A stretch of 57,020 nucleotides of DNA, taken from sequence record SRR20825019_2329. One strand, given 5' to 3'. A program made the position numbers and the translations under genes. This document shows, in pieces, positions 37,696 through 48,834 of the stretch; within the stretch, counting starts at the first letter, position 1, and each line of letters begins with the position of its first letter. The notes beneath the pieces are model-generated. The model was not told the DNA's origin, ran no database searches, and saw only the letters and a list, made by a program, of their open reading frames with translations.

Positions 37696-38163
37696 ATGAG
37701 TAAAAGCGATATTTATGCAGAAGTAGCGGCACAGATTGACGTTGTATTGGACGGTGAGCCGGACCAGACCGCACGGATGGCAACGGTCAGTTGCTTACTG
37801 TCGCTCGCGTTCCCGGATAGTTATTTCTGGACCGGATTTTATGTTGTTGATCCGCAACGCGAGAACGAGCTTGTTGTTGGGCCGTATCAAGGCACACTTG
37901 GCTGCCTGCGTATCCCATTCGGGCGTGGTGTTTGCGGTACAGCAGCAGCAGAGCGAGTGACGCAGGTGGTTGCAGATGTGCATGCTGTCCCCAACCATAT
38001 TGCGTGCGATAGTCGTAGCAAATCAGAGATTGTTGTGCCGGTTTTTGACCAAGCTGGTACCTTGATTGCAGTTTTCGACGTCGACTCTACCGAGAAGGGC
38101 ACCTTCGATGATGTGGACAAGGAATGGCTTGAACGCATTCTCAACAACGTATTTGCTGCGTAA
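37696..38163 (+). CDS. msrC: GAF-domain free methionine-(R)-sulfoxide reductase
   Basis: WTGFY, GPYQG..GC, GRGVCG, HIACD, SEIVVP, DVDS. Confidence 0.88.
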   Translation: MSKSDIYAEVAAQIDVVLDGEPDQTARMATVSCLLSLAFPDSYFWTGFYVVDPQRENELVVGPYQGTLGCLRIPFGRGVCGTAAAERVTQVVADVHAVPNHIACDSRSKSEIVVPVFDQAGTLIAVFDVDSTEKGTFDDVDKEWLERILNNVFAA

Positions 38164-38196
38164 ACCGTTACAAGACTGAACAGACACAGGACCAAG

Positions 38197-38616
38197 ATGA
38201 AATATTTACATACGATGGTTCGGGTTCGAGACCTGGATGAATCCCTCGATTTTTACTGCAATAAACTTGGGTTGAAAGAAGTAGGCCGCAAGGATGTGCC
38301 TGCTGGCCGGTTCACGCTTGTGTTCCTTGCGGCGCCCGGTGATGAAGATGCTCAGGTGGAGCTGACCTACAATTGGGATCCGGAAGAATATGCAGGCGGG
38401 CGAAATTTTGGTCACTTGGCTTATTTAGTGGATGATATTTATGATATATGCCAAAGGCTTATGGACGCTGGCGTGACCATCAACAGGCCGCCGAGAGACG
38501 GAAAGATGGCTTTTGTGCGTAGCCCGGATAATATTTCGATTGAACTATTGCAGCATGGAGAAGCCTTGCCTGCAAAAGAGCCTTGGGCCAGTATGAAAAA
38601 TACCGGAGAGTGGTGA
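38197..38616 (+). CDS. gloA: Lactoylglutathione lyase (glyoxalase I)
   Basis: [28 protein letters not shown]. Confidence 0.9.
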   Translation: MKYLHTMVRVRDLDESLDFYCNKLGLKEVGRKDVPAGRFTLVFLAAPGDEDAQVELTYNWDPEEYAGGRNFGHLAYLVDDIYDICQRLMDAGVTINRPPRDGKMAFVRSPDNISIELLQHGEALPAKEPWASMKNTGEW

Positions 38617-38728
38617 TCGGGTCCTGCAACTTTTGATGGGCCAAAGATATTTATTACGAGTGTTAATGAAGTTTTTAGTCTTCGGATGCTCAATATAGGT
38701 AAAGCTGGATTAGTTGAGGGGATAATCT

Positions 38729-40300
38729 TTGCAGCTTCATTGGTCTGACAGGATCTCGTTTAAGCTCGCGCGGACGGCGGTTATTATCGCTTTTGCGGTT
38801 GGCCTCGTCCTTTCTGCAGGTCAAGTTTACCTCGATTATCTGGAAGAAGGCGGCATTCTGGCCCAGAAGGTCAACAAAAGCCTTCAGGTGGCAGAAAAAG
38901 CCGCAACGCGGGCGGTGCTAATTCTCGATAGTGACCTAGCGCAAGAGGTTGTCTCCGGCCTAATGGAATATGAATATGTGGCAGAGGCTGCTATTCTTGA
39001 CGACCATGGTTCTGTGCTTGCTGGAAACCAGCGGGATACCAGTTCTTTCGGCACGGCTAGCGTGAATTACTCACGCTATTTCATCAACGATACAGCAACG
39101 TATAATTTCCCGCTTGCGCTGCCGGATACCATGGCTGAACGCCCCGGTAGCCTGCGCGTTGTGATTGACCGTGCAGTTGGGCTGCAGCCGTTCTTTTCGC
39201 GTGCTGTGACCACATTCCTGTCGGGTTTTGTCCGCAACCTTCTTTTGGTGATGCTGCTTTATTTCGCTTTCCACCAGGGTCTGACCAAACCGCTCGCACA
39301 GATCGTTGAAAAAATTTCCAGCATTAACCCCGAGCATCCCGGTGAGCAGCGTATCAGTGTTCATCGCCGCCACAAGAAAGATGAACTGGGGCTGCTCGTG
39401 GGCCAGATCAACCTGTCTTTTGATGCGGTTCAGGTTCTGCTCGATAACCTTCGTTCCACCAACAAGGCGCTCTCTTCGTCTGAGGAGGCTTTGCGGAAGC
39501 GTTCGTGGGAGTTGGAGCAGGAAGTTGAGCGCACGAAAAAGACATCTGTTGAGCTTATCGTCACCAAAGAGCAGGCTGAAGCTGCAAACCGTGCGAAAAG
39601 TGTGTTCCTTGCAAACGTAAGCCATGAGCTGAGAACACCTCTTAACGCGATTATCGGTTTCTCCAGCATTATGGCAGACCAGATGTTTGGTCCCATTGGG
39701 CATAAAAAATATCGTGAGTATCTGCAGGATATTCGTTCCTCTAGCGAACATCTTTCGGACGTGCTGGGCGAGGTGCTCGATCTCGCTAAAATTGAGGCAG
39801 GGCAGTTTAAGATGGAAGAGGAAGAGGTTGATATGGTCAAACTCTTCCATGAGAGCAACGCGCTCGTCTCCGGTCAGGCAACACAGAAAGGTCTGCGGAT
39901 CGAGGTGGAAGTGCCTGAGAGTTTGCCACGTGTGAACGGCGACCGCCTCCGCATCAAGCAGAGCGTATTGAACCTGCTTTCGAACGCCGTGAAATTTACC
40001 CCGGATGGGCGTGGGAATGTAAGCCTGAGCGCCAGTATCGAAGACGATGGACGGATGGCGATCAAGATTGCCGACAAAGGCATCGGTATCCCGCGTGAAG
40101 AGCAAGACCTCGTCTTCTCGCCTTTCATGCGCTCAGCCTCAGCGCTTAGCCGCAGCCACGAAGGAACGGGCCTTGGTCTGTCGCTCGTCAAGGCGTTTGT
40201 TGACATGCATGGCGGAGATATCATTCTGGAGAGTGAAGTGGATAAGGGGACAACCTTTACTATCTTCATGCCTGCGGAGCGCGTCTTGAACGCCACGTGA
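38729..40300 (+). CDS. Membrane sensor histidine kinase (HAMP-HisKA-HATPase)
   Basis: 2 TM, DELG HAMP motif, FLANVSHELRTPLN, NAVKFT, DKGIGI, GTGLGL. Confidence 0.93.
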   Translation: MQLHWSDRISFKLARTAVIIAFAVGLVLSAGQVYLDYLEEGGILAQKVNKSLQVAEKAATRAVLILDSDLAQEVVSGLMEYEYVAEAAILDDHGSVLAGNQRDTSSFGTASVNYSRYFINDTATYNFPLALPDTMAERPGSLRVVIDRAVGLQPFFSRAVTTFLSGFVRNLLLVMLLYFAFHQGLTKPLAQIVEKISSINPEHPGEQRISVHRRHKKDELGLLVGQINLSFDAVQVLLDNLRSTNKALSSSEEALRKRSWELEQEVERTKKTSVELIVTKEQAEAANRAKSVFLANVSHELRTPLNAIIGFSSIMADQMFGPIGHKKYREYLQDIRSSSEHLSDVLGEVLDLAKIEAGQFKMEEEEVDMVKLFHESNALVSGQATQKGLRIEVEVPESLPRVNGDRLRIKQSVLNLLSNAVKFTPDGRGNVSLSASIEDDGRMAIKIADKGIGIPREEQDLVFSPFMRSASALSRSHEGTGLGLSLVKAFVDMHGGDIILESEVDKGTTFTIFMPAERVLNAT

Positions 40301-40328
40301 TCGTGGTTTTGTCCGTAGGGGGGCTATC

Positions 40329-40793
40329 GTGAAAATACGAATGGCGCTGTGTGCAGCGCTCCTTACCTTTTCGCCAGTTCAGGCTTCAGATGACACACCA
40401 GAGGCTGTCGTGCATGCGCTTTTTGACGCTATGCGGGCTGGTGACGGTGCTGCGGCACGTGCACTCGTGAATTCTGGTGCTGCGCTTGAGCGGCTGCAGG
40501 CGGACGGTAGTATCAAGGCGGGCAGTTTTGAGAAATGGACAGCGTGGATCGATGCACAGTCGCCTGGCGATGCGGATGAGCAGATTTTCAATCTGGAAAC
40601 TTTCAGCTCAGTTGCGGGGCTTGCGACAGTTGCGGCACCTTTTGTCATCCACTATAAGGGCGAGCTTGTGGGGTGTGGCGTGAACCAGTTTTCGCTGGCA
40701 CTAACGAGTGAGGGCTGGCGCATTATCCACGGCATAGATGTGCCCCATATTGGGGACTGCACAACCTATCGCGATGAGGTGGAGGGCCAGTAA
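40329..40793 (+). CDS. Exported NTF2-like (SnoaL/lumazine-binding type) protein
   Basis: Signal peptide; LFDAMRAGD, CGVNQF, GWRI. Confidence 0.75.
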   Translation: MKIRMALCAALLTFSPVQASDDTPEAVVHALFDAMRAGDGAAARALVNSGAALERLQADGSIKAGSFEKWTAWIDAQSPGDADEQIFNLETFSSVAGLATVAAPFVIHYKGELVGCGVNQFSLALTSEGWRIIHGIDVPHIGDCTTYRDEVEGQ

Positions 40794-40823
40794 GCCCGAC
40801 TAAAGCTTGGTTCAGCCGGGCTT
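40792..40823. terminator. Hairpin between convergent genes
   Basis: AAGCCCG...CGGGCTT. Confidence 0.5.
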
Positions 40824-40829
40824 GATTTG

Positions 40830-42122
40830 TTAGACAGCGTCGAGCGCTTGGGTAAGGTCAGCGATCAGGTCATCTGCATTCTCGACACCAACGGAAATCC
40901 GAAGCATCGATTCTGAGATGCCAAGGCGGCGTTTTACGTCATCCGGTACGTCGGCATGTGTCATGGCGAAGGGGTGTTCCATCAGGCTTTCTGTTCCACC
41001 AAGGCTTACTGCAAGTTTGATAATCTGTAGCGCGTCTAGCACCCGGAAGGCCGCAGCTTCGTCACCGTCAATGTCGAACGCGAAAGTAGAGCCAGCGGCG
41101 CCTGCGCATTGTTCCTTGAAGATGCGGTAGGCTGGCTCGTCTTCGGTCAGGAAGCCAAGGTAGTGCACTTGTTTCACTTTGGGGTGCTCGCGCAAAAACT
41201 TCGCAATTTTCTTGGCGTTATCTGCCGCTGCAGTCATGCGGAGCTTGAGGGTTTCCAATGAGCGCATGATCAACCAGCCAGTGTGAGGGTCACACATGGT
41301 GCCGAGGATGGTCCGGAAACCCATGACAGGTGTCATTTTTTCCATATTGCCAACAGCCGCACCAGCAACAACGTCAGAATGGCCCGCCACATATTTGGTC
41401 AGTGAATAAATGACAATATCGGCGCCATGCTCAAGCGGCTTTTGCCACACTGGCCCGAGGAACGTGTTGTCTGTCATGATCACAGGGCGATGGCCGGTTT
41501 CGGCGCCAAGAGCATCGGCCTGATCACGGCATGCATGCAGGTCGATCAGGCCATTGGTAGGGTTGGCGGGGGTTTCGGTATAAATCACTGCAACACGGCC
41601 GAGTTTTTTCGCGGCCTCTAGCGCAGGTGCGAGCGTTGGTTTGTCACCGCCTGCGGTAAATTCGACAGATTTTATGCCAAACTCGGGCAGGATATTCCTG
41701 ATAAGAAACTCCGTGCCGCCATAGATGGGGGCTGAGTAGACGATCACATCACCGGGGCGCAGGTAAGCCCACAGGCAAGTTGAAATCGCAGCCATTCCGC
41801 TCGAGAATGTCAGCCCTTTTTCTGCATCTTCCCAAAGCGCCAAGCGGTCTTCAAGAACCTCAAGGTCTGGGTTATTGATGCGGGAATAGATGAGGCCGGG
41901 CTCTTCGCCTTCTGCTGCTTGTCGTTTGCCGTAAGCCAGCTCAAAAAACTCTTTACCGTGCTTGGCACTTTCAAACACAAATGTTGAGGTCATGAACACA
42001 GGGGGCTTGAGCGCACCTTCCGATAATGCCGGGTCATAACCATATCCCATCATTTGTGTTTCAGGGCTAAGGCGATGATTGCCAATCATTTTCTTGCGGT
42101 AGTCTTTCCGGCTTGCGGTCAT
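40830..42122 (-). CDS. Cys/Met metabolism PLP enzyme (cystathionine gamma-synthase / methionine gamma-lyase family)
   Basis: YSRINNP, SGMAAI, ETPANPT, DNTF, SLTKYVAGHSD, AVSLGG, LRISVG. Confidence 0.92.
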   Translation of the reverse strand: MTASRKDYRKKMIGNHRLSPETQMMGYGYDPALSEGALKPPVFMTSTFVFESAKHGKEFFELAYGKRQAAEGEEPGLIYSRINNPDLEVLEDRLALWEDAEKGLTFSSGMAAISTCLWAYLRPGDVIVYSAPIYGGTEFLIRNILPEFGIKSVEFTAGGDKPTLAPALEAAKKLGRVAVIYTETPANPTNGLIDLHACRDQADALGAETGHRPVIMTDNTFLGPVWQKPLEHGADIVIYSLTKYVAGHSDVVAGAAVGNMEKMTPVMGFRTILGTMCDPHTGWLIMRSLETLKLRMTAAADNAKKIAKFLREHPKVKQVHYLGFLTEDEPAYRIFKEQCAGAAGSTFAFDIDGDEAAAFRVLDALQIIKLAVSLGGTESLMEHPFAMTHADVPDDVKRRLGISESMLRISVGVENADDLIADLTQALDAV

Positions 42123-42367
42123 TGGGGCATCCTTATGAAGTTTTTCTTATCCATGGTGATGGATTATCTTTTGCGCTCTTGTGCCTTGAAAAAGACGCAT
42201 CCGCAACCGGATTTTGGAATGGTTTCCATTAATTGAAATGCAATTTTCTGAGGGCTGAAGCGGGAAGGCGGAAATTGCAAGCGAATAACCAAACTGTGCA
42301 AGCATGGCGCTTGATTAATCATTCCTGCAGTGCTTTTGTGGCGGCGGTTCTTTGGAAGGAAACATGT

Positions 42368-43606
42368 ATGTCAGGTGCCCCCGGCGATCAGCGGAAAGAC
42401 GCAAACAGCTTCTGGCAGACCCATCGCAATGTCATCGTGCTGATGATTGCTCAGGCATGTTACCTGGCCTGCAGCATGACTGTTGTGACATACGCGGGCC
42501 TTGCGGGGCAGGCCCTTGCTGTAGACAAGGCGTTATCAACCCTCCCTGTATCTCTCACGATTTTGGCGACTGCGTTGTCTACGGGGCCAATGTCTATTCT
42601 GATGCAGCGTACGTCCCGGCGTTTTGGTTTTCGCGTTGGGGCGGTGTCTGGCCTGGCAGGGGCAATGATCGCGGCCTATAGTGTCTATTCAGGCAACTTT
42701 CTCGCGCTCTGTCTTGGAACGGCCGCGTTTGGGCCTTTTCAGGCTAGTGCACAATATTTCCGGTTTGCAGCCGCTGAAAGTGTTCATCCGTCCAAAGCGC
42801 CGCGGGCAATCTCGCTTGTGCTTATTGGTGGGCTTTTGGGGGCGCTTATAACACCAAGCCTGACCCGCATGTTCAACGAAGCTTTCCTGCCTGTGAACAT
42901 GATGGGGGTGTTTATTTTTACAGGCGTTATGGCAGCTATCGTTCTCATTCCTACCGCTTTGCTTCGCCCGCTAGATAAACCTCTGGAAACGGAGGAAAAG
43001 ACGAGCGGTGAAGGCACGGGGCGCCCGCTCAAAGTAATATGTAGAGACCCTGCTTTTATCGTCGCGGTGCTTAATGGCGCGCTTGGCTACGCGATGATGA
43101 GCTTTGTGATGACCGCAACACCGCTTGCAATGAAGGTTTGTGGCCTTCTGGATCAGAGCCTCGATGTTATTCAGGGGCATGTTATCGCCATGTTTCTGCC
43201 CAGCCTGTTTAGCGGAGCACTCATTCAACGGTTTGGCGTTTTGCCAGTGCTTCTGGCTGGGCATGCATTTTTTGCGATCGCGTTTATCACGGCCCTTTCG
43301 GGTGTGGAGATTGCCCAGTTCTCCATCTCTTTGGTGGCGCTAGGTATAGGTTGGAACCTTTGTTTTGTTGGCGGCACAACGCTCTTGACCCGCGTTCATA
43401 CAGATGCAGAAAAGGGCCGTGTTCAGGGCTTGAATGAATTCTTGGTCTTTGGCACGACGGCGGTAGCCTCGCTGTCCGCCGGAGTTATTCTTGATCAGTT
43501 TGGATGGCGGATTGTCAATCAGTCAGCATTCGTTATGCTAACCATCGCTGCCGGGGTTACGATCATGTGGGGTATCCTGGCGCGCCAAAAAGCGGCGGCT
43601 AGCTAA
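42368..43606 (+). CDS. MFS transporter
   Basis: 12 TM; RFAAAE, HVIAMFLPS; AAGGA RBS before ATG 42368. Confidence 0.9.
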   Translation: MSGAPGDQRKDANSFWQTHRNVIVLMIAQACYLACSMTVVTYAGLAGQALAVDKALSTLPVSLTILATALSTGPMSILMQRTSRRFGFRVGAVSGLAGAMIAAYSVYSGNFLALCLGTAAFGPFQASAQYFRFAAAESVHPSKAPRAISLVLIGGLLGALITPSLTRMFNEAFLPVNMMGVFIFTGVMAAIVLIPTALLRPLDKPLETEEKTSGEGTGRPLKVICRDPAFIVAVLNGALGYAMMSFVMTATPLAMKVCGLLDQSLDVIQGHVIAMFLPSLFSGALIQRFGVLPVLLAGHAFFAIAFITALSGVEIAQFSISLVALGIGWNLCFVGGTTLLTRVHTDAEKGRVQGLNEFLVFGTTAVASLSAGVILDQFGWRIVNQSAFVMLTIAAGVTIMWGILARQKAAAS

Positions 43607-43639
43607 TGTTGGTGTCAGGAAAGTTTTGAGGGAGTGGAA

Positions 43640-44413
43640 ATGCTTGTAGTTATATCGCCTGCAAAAAAGCTGGACTATGAAAGCGAAAATTTCGCGATTT
43701 CAAACGATGTGCCACGTATGCTTGATCAGACAGAAATGCTGGCAAAAAAAGCAAAACGCCTTCGTGCCGCAGACCTCAAGGCGATGATGGGAATCTCTGA
43801 TGCTTTGGCGGAGTTGAATGTTGCTCGCTTCAAGGCATTCGAAACTCCCTTCACATCTGCGAATGCAAGACCTGCAATCGACGCTTTTAAAGGCGATGTT
43901 TATATCGGGATGGATGCGCCGACCATGTCGAACGAAGACCGCAACTATGCCAACGAGCGCATCCGCATTCTATCCGGCCTCTATGGGCTTTTGCGCCCGC
44001 TGGACCTTATGCAAGCCTACCGGCTTGAGATGGGGACCAAGTTTGTTACCCGGCGCGGAAAGGACCTTTACACTTTTTGGGGCAATCGCATCTCGAAAGC
44101 GCTGAACGAGGACTTTGCGGACGATGAAGACCCTGTTCTGGTGAACTTGGCGTCGGGCGAGTATTTCAAAGCGGTTCAGCAAAAAGCGCTGAAGGCGCGG
44201 GTGATAACACCGGTTTTCAAGGAAGTGAAAGATGGTCACGCCCGGGTCATTTCATTCCTTGCAAAAAAGGCGCGAGGCATGATGACGCGTTATATCGTTG
44301 ATGGCCGCATAAATGACGTGAATGCACTCAAGACGTTTGATCGTGAGGGCTACCAATATGATGAAGCTGCATCAACAGCCACAGAATGGGTGTTCTCTCG
44401 TCCCCAGCCGTAG
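43640..44413 (+). CDS. yaaA: Peroxide stress protein YaaA
   Basis: ISPAKKLD, LSGLYGLLRPLD, YRLEMG, NLAS.EY, AKKARG. Confidence 0.95.
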   Translation: MLVVISPAKKLDYESENFAISNDVPRMLDQTEMLAKKAKRLRAADLKAMMGISDALAELNVARFKAFETPFTSANARPAIDAFKGDVYIGMDAPTMSNEDRNYANERIRILSGLYGLLRPLDLMQAYRLEMGTKFVTRRGKDLYTFWGNRISKALNEDFADDEDPVLVNLASGEYFKAVQQKALKARVITPVFKEVKDGHARVISFLAKKARGMMTRYIVDGRINDVNALKTFDREGYQYDEAASTATEWVFSRPQP

Positions 44414-44520
44414 GATTAGGCAACACTATCGAAGTATCTGGTAAACAGAAGTTGTTTCGACACCTGCCTTATTGACAGTATAGTGTTCCCTCACTGTCAG
44501 GACAAGTGAGGGGAAGTTTC

Positions 44521-44991
44521 ATGGAATTCAAGATTAATGGCAAAGCTGTTTCCTATGAAGGTGACGGCGAGATGCCTCTACTGTGGTTTTTGCGCGACCT
44601 GCAAGGCATGACGGGCACCAAGTTTGGTTGTGGCGCGGGCCTTTGCGGAGCATGCACTGTGCATGTTGACGGTATGGCTGTTCGTTCTTGCCAGACCTGG
44701 ATGGATGACGTTGATGGCACCAACATCACGACCATCGAAGGGCTTGCGAACGGCGATACCTACCACGCGCTTCAGGTGGCGTGGGCGGAGAATAATGTAC
44801 CACAGTGTGGTTACTGCCAATCTGGTCAGATTATGCAGGCCGTTTCACTTCTTGCTGAAACACCAAACCCGACCGACGAGGACATTGATCTGGCGATGTC
44901 AGGCAATATTTGTCGGTGTGGTACCTACCAGCGCATCAAGAAGGCGATCCGCGATGTCGCTGACGGTAAGGTGAAGGGAGGTGCGCTATGA
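44521..44991 (+). CDS. iorA: [2Fe-2S] subunit of isoquinoline 1-oxidoreductase-type molybdoenzyme
   Basis: [30 protein letters not shown]. Confidence 0.88.
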   Translation: MEFKINGKAVSYEGDGEMPLLWFLRDLQGMTGTKFGCGAGLCGACTVHVDGMAVRSCQTWMDDVDGTNITTIEGLANGDTYHALQVAWAENNVPQCGYCQSGQIMQAVSLLAETPNPTDEDIDLAMSGNICRCGTYQRIKKAIRDVADGKVKGGAL

Positions 44992-47234
44992 CCTTCACAA
45001 TTGAGAATGTATCAAGACGTGGTGTGCTCAAGGGGGCGGGCATTGCAGGCGGACTGGTCCTTACAGCCCCTCTTGTTTCCAAGGGGTTGATGGCCGAAAT
45101 CAATAAAGCTGCGGGTAAGCTTGCGGCAACGAACTATCTCTCCATCTCAGAAGATGGAACAGTGAATATCTTTATTCACCGTGTGGAAATGGGGCAGGGA
45201 AGCCGTACAGGTTTGCCACAGATCATTGCTGACGAGTTGGACGCTGACTGGGACCGTATCAATTTTGTTGCTGCTTTTGGTGACCAGAAATTTGGCGATC
45301 AGAACACCGATGGTTCCACCTCTATTCGCAAATTCTATGATGCCTTCCGGCATGCGGGTGCGGCCGCTCGCATGATGCTCGAGCAGGCTGCTGCCGCACG
45401 TTGGGGCGTCGCAGCATCAGATGTGGCGGCAAAAGAACATCGCATTCATAACAAAATTTCTGGTCAATCAGCAGACTTTAGTGAGTTTGTGACTGACGCA
45501 GCGGCGCTGCCGGTGCCGGATGCGAATGCAGTGACCTATAAAGCCAAAGACGCGCGCCGCTTTGTCGGTAAGCCTGTCCGCAACATCTATATGAAAGATT
45601 TTGTAACCGGCTCAAGCCAGTTCGGGCAAGACGTCCGGCGTGAGGGCATGATTTATGCTGCCGCGATGCGCCCACCGGTGGTAGGTGGTAAGCTCACTGG
45701 ATATGACAAAGATGCTGCCATGGCTGTGGCGGGTGTTGTTGACGTAGTTGAATTCCCCGCCGTTGATAAACCCTATATGTTCAAGCCGCTTGGTGGTGTA
45801 GCCGTGTTGGCCACCAATACCTGGGCGGCGAAAAAAGGGCTTGAAGCTCTGAACGCCGAGTTTGAGGCGGGTGAAAACGGCGGCTATGACACCACAGAGT
45901 ATGAAAAAGCGCTCTGGCAGTCGATTGACGGTGAAGATGTAAACCACCTGAAGCGGGGCGATGTTGAAGCAGCGCTCGCTTCTGCAGATACAGTGATAGA
46001 GGCGGACTATTTTGTGCCGCACCTGCATCACGCTCCGATGGAGCCACCTGCCGCGACAGCAGAATGGCAGGGTGACAAGTTGATGATGTGGGTTTGTTGT
46101 CAGGACCCGCAGTCTGTTCAGCAGACGGTTGCGCCTTATGTGAACATGAAACCTGAAGATATTCATGTGGAAGCCACACTTCTTGGTGGTGCGTTTGGCC
46201 GTAAATCCAAGCCGGATTTTGCTGCTGAAGCAGCTATTCTTGCCAAGCACGCAGGCAAGCCTGTGAAGATGGTCTGGAGCCGTGAAGATGATATGCAGCA
46301 CAGCTACTATCACACGATCTCAGCTCAGCGTGTGAAGGGCGGTTTGGATGCGGACGGCCAGGTGATTGCCTGGAAGCACAAAACCGCTTTCCCTTCCATT
46401 TTCGAGATATTCAACCCGGCAACGGATAGCCCGGTTGCGCTCGAGATGGGCCTCGGGCTTCTCGACATGCCGTTTGAAACACCAAACCTTCAGATCGACG
46501 CAGGTAAGGTGAAGGGCCATGTTCGTATCGGCTGGATGCGGTCTGTGACCAATATTCAACATGCCTTTGCGATAGGATCCTTTGTTGACGAGCTTGCACA
46601 TGCCAGCGGCAAGAATACCGCTGATATGTGGCGTGAGTTGATTGGTAGTGACCGCAGTATCAACCCCAAAGACGATGGGGCGGACTATTTCAACTACGGT
46701 GAAACGCTTGAGCGTCATCCACTTGACACTGCACGGCTTAAAGCGGTGCTGGATAAGGTTGTTGAAATGTCTGGTTTCGGCAAAGACATGCCTGAAGGCA
46801 GTGGTCTTGGTATCTCCGTTCACCGTAGCTTCGTGAGCTATATCGCCACAGTGGTTGAAGTGAACGTAAGCGACGATGGTACCATGACTGTGCCACGCAC
46901 ATGGATGGCGGTAGATTGTGGTCTGGCGGTGAATCCGGATCGAGTTAATGCGCAAATGGAAGGTGCGGCGGTCTTCGGGTTATCATTGGCGCTTCATGGT
47001 GAGATCACAGCTGAAAACGGCCAGATTGTGCAAAGTAACTTTGACGGATACCCTGTTTGTCGCATCGAAGAAGCACCACATGTTGAGGTCGCGATCATGG
47101 ATAATGATCACGTTCCTGGCGGCGTGGGTGAGCCCGGTGTGCCGCCGTTTGCGCCCGCGCTGACAAACGCCATTTTCGCGGCAACAGGCAAGCGTATTCG
47201 CCGTTTGCCGATCAGGGACCAACTCACAGCCTAG
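44988..47234 (+). CDS. iorB: Tat-exported molybdopterin-binding subunit (IorB / xanthine dehydrogenase family)
   Basis: SRRGVLK Tat motif, EMGQG, GGAFGRK, GWMRSV, GGVGEPG. Confidence 0.88.
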   Translation: MTFTIENVSRRGVLKGAGIAGGLVLTAPLVSKGLMAEINKAAGKLAATNYLSISEDGTVNIFIHRVEMGQGSRTGLPQIIADELDADWDRINFVAAFGDQKFGDQNTDGSTSIRKFYDAFRHAGAAARMMLEQAAAARWGVAASDVAAKEHRIHNKISGQSADFSEFVTDAAALPVPDANAVTYKAKDARRFVGKPVRNIYMKDFVTGSSQFGQDVRREGMIYAAAMRPPVVGGKLTGYDKDAAMAVAGVVDVVEFPAVDKPYMFKPLGGVAVLATNTWAAKKGLEALNAEFEAGENGGYDTTEYEKALWQSIDGEDVNHLKRGDVEAALASADTVIEADYFVPHLHHAPMEPPAATAEWQGDKLMMWVCCQDPQSVQQTVAPYVNMKPEDIHVEATLLGGAFGRKSKPDFAAEAAILAKHAGKPVKMVWSREDDMQHSYYHTISAQRVKGGLDADGQVIAWKHKTAFPSIFEIFNPATDSPVALEMGLGLLDMPFETPNLQIDAGKVKGHVRIGWMRSVTNIQHAFAIGSFVDELAHASGKNTADMWRELIGSDRSINPKDDGADYFNYGETLERHPLDTARLKAVLDKVVEMSGFGKDMPEGSGLGISVHRSFVSYIATVVEVNVSDDGTMTVPRTWMAVDCGLAVNPDRVNAQMEGAAVFGLSLALHGEITAENGQIVQSNFDGYPVCRIEEAPHVEVAIMDNDHVPGGVGEPGVPPFAPALTNAIFAATGKRIRRLPIRDQLTA

Positions 47235-47255
47235 ATGATAAAATCGATAGTCGTC

Positions 47256-47289
47256 GAGGGGCGGTCTTTTGGCCGCCCTTTGTATTTTT
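47256..47289 (+). terminator. Rho-independent terminator
   Basis: GGGGCGGTC-TTTT-GGCCGCCCT followed by T-rich sequence. Confidence 0.7.
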
Positions 47290-48834
47290 CTATATCCAGG
47301 GGGTAGTGTCGCTCTCGATTTTAAAAAGGATATGGTCGCGCCATGCGGCGGCTTCATGCGCTGTGATATAGGGTATCTTTACCGTATGGCCCGCAAGCTT
47401 GATAACCACAGATGAGAGGTTCTGCCGCCGTTGGCCGGGCGTGCGCTTTATCTCGACGCTCTGAACCTTGTGAAAGGGGAAAATCATATATTTGTGGCCA
47501 ACCACACCGGTTCGAACAACACCGAAGCGCCCGTCGCTCCAGAAACCTTGCTTTTGGTAGTGTAATAGCATCAGAGGCAGGATTAGGATTGGCGCAAGAG
47601 AAAACAAAAGCCACCAGGCGTTGATGAGCTGACTAAGCAGGATCGCTATCGCAGCCGCAGGCAGGCCATAATCCACCAAAAGAAGCTTGCGAAGGTATAG
47701 TTTGTTTATTGGTTGGAAAATAACGCTATTCCAGGGCAGGTCTGGGTATAGTTTTGCAACTAGCCCACTCACCTGGTCATCCGTGAGGCTGGGAATTATA
47801 AATTTGCTACTCTTCTTGCCCATCTCAGGCTGCTCAGCACTACTGAAACTGATTTGTTTCAATGTCAGGTGGCTGCGGTTCAGCAATTTGGCGGGCCAGG
47901 TTTGGCTGACCTGTAACATCTGTATCTTGCTTTCAGACAAGCTGGTTTCAGACCGTTCAAATAGCCCCTTGATACGCAGGAAACGTCCCTGCGTATGGCT
48001 GAGTTGATAGTCGTGGTAGATAACAATCGCGCCGATGACTGACACGAGTAGAAGAAGTGATACTACAGCGAGAATGCCAGCCAACGAAAATGCCGCCAGC
48101 ATAAAAGGATTATCCGTGCTGATGTATTGCCCGGGGATGCTTATCCAGTCAAATACGCGCAGATAGTTGCTGTCATCAATCTGGCTGATCGCACCAGCGG
48201 CAAGCCCTGCAAACACCCAGATATTATTGTTGGATAGCCCGTAACGTGCCAGTTCTCCATTATTTTGGTGAATGAAGGGCATGGCAGATTCTTGGCTTTC
48301 TTCTTCAGATGCAGGATTAGCTGCCGCAGGTGTTGGGGCGTCCAGAACCGTTTTGCGCAGGTCTAGCGCCAGTGATTTTGGGACACCCGCGAGGCTCACT
48401 TCTTCCTGTGCTGAGCCTGCGCTCTCCAGCGCCATGATCACAAGGCCAAAGGGCTTGAAGTAAACTGGCTCTTTGATGGCAATATTCTGTATGCGGTCAA
48501 ACGATAGGGTTAGACGCTTTTTCTGGATCACTCCCTTCTGGATGAGGAAGGCGTTTTTGTTGATCCGGAAACGGAAGTTTAAGTAGCTCAATATTGAAGC
48601 TGCGATGAGAAGCGCTACCGCACCTGCAACGACATAAAAGATAACCGTGGAACGATTGTCTCCTGCCGCGACAAAAATACCGCCGAATACCGCAACATTT
48701 TGAACACCTTGTTTCATGAAGGTGACGATGAATTTGAGAATGAAATAGATAATCGCGGTTGGTGCCAGGCGTTGCCAAGTCTGAACGTTCGAGATCTCAG
48801 CTTCTTCAGTCAAGCCAGCCTCATGCATCGTCAT
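47290..48834 (-). CDS. YdbT-like membrane protein with bacterial PH domains
   Basis: WQRLAP, repeated G...RIQ/KIQ/KVQ bPH motifs; start at MTMHE overlaps the upstream gene. Confidence 0.85.
   Translation of the reverse strand: MTMHEAGLTEEAEISNVQTWQRLAPTAIIYFILKFIVTFMKQGVQNVAVFGGIFVAAGDNRSTVIFYVVAGAVALLIAASILSYLNFRFRINKNAFLIQKGVIQKKRLTLSFDRIQNIAIKEPVYFKPFGLVIMALESAGSAQEEVSLAGVPKSLALDLRKTVLDAPTPAAANPASEEESQESAMPFIHQNNGELARYGLSNNNIWVFAGLAAGAISQIDDSNYLRVFDWISIPGQYISTDNPFMLAAFSLAGILAVVSLLLLVSVIGAIVIYHDYQLSHTQGRFLRIKGLFERSETSLSESKIQMLQVSQTWPAKLLNRSHLTLKQISFSSAEQPEMGKKSSKFIIPSLTDDQVSGLVAKLYPDLPWNSVIFQPINKLYLRKLLLVDYGLPAAAIAILLSQLINAWWLLFSLAPILILPLMLLHYQKQGFWSDGRFGVVRTGVVGHKYMIFPFHKVQSVEIKRTPGQRRQNLSSVVIKLAGHTVKIPYITAHEAAAWRDHILFKIESDTTPWI

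Noticed and set aside
39071-40105. 344-aa antisense ORF
   Set aside because: Shadow of the histidine kinase; typical codon-bias artefact
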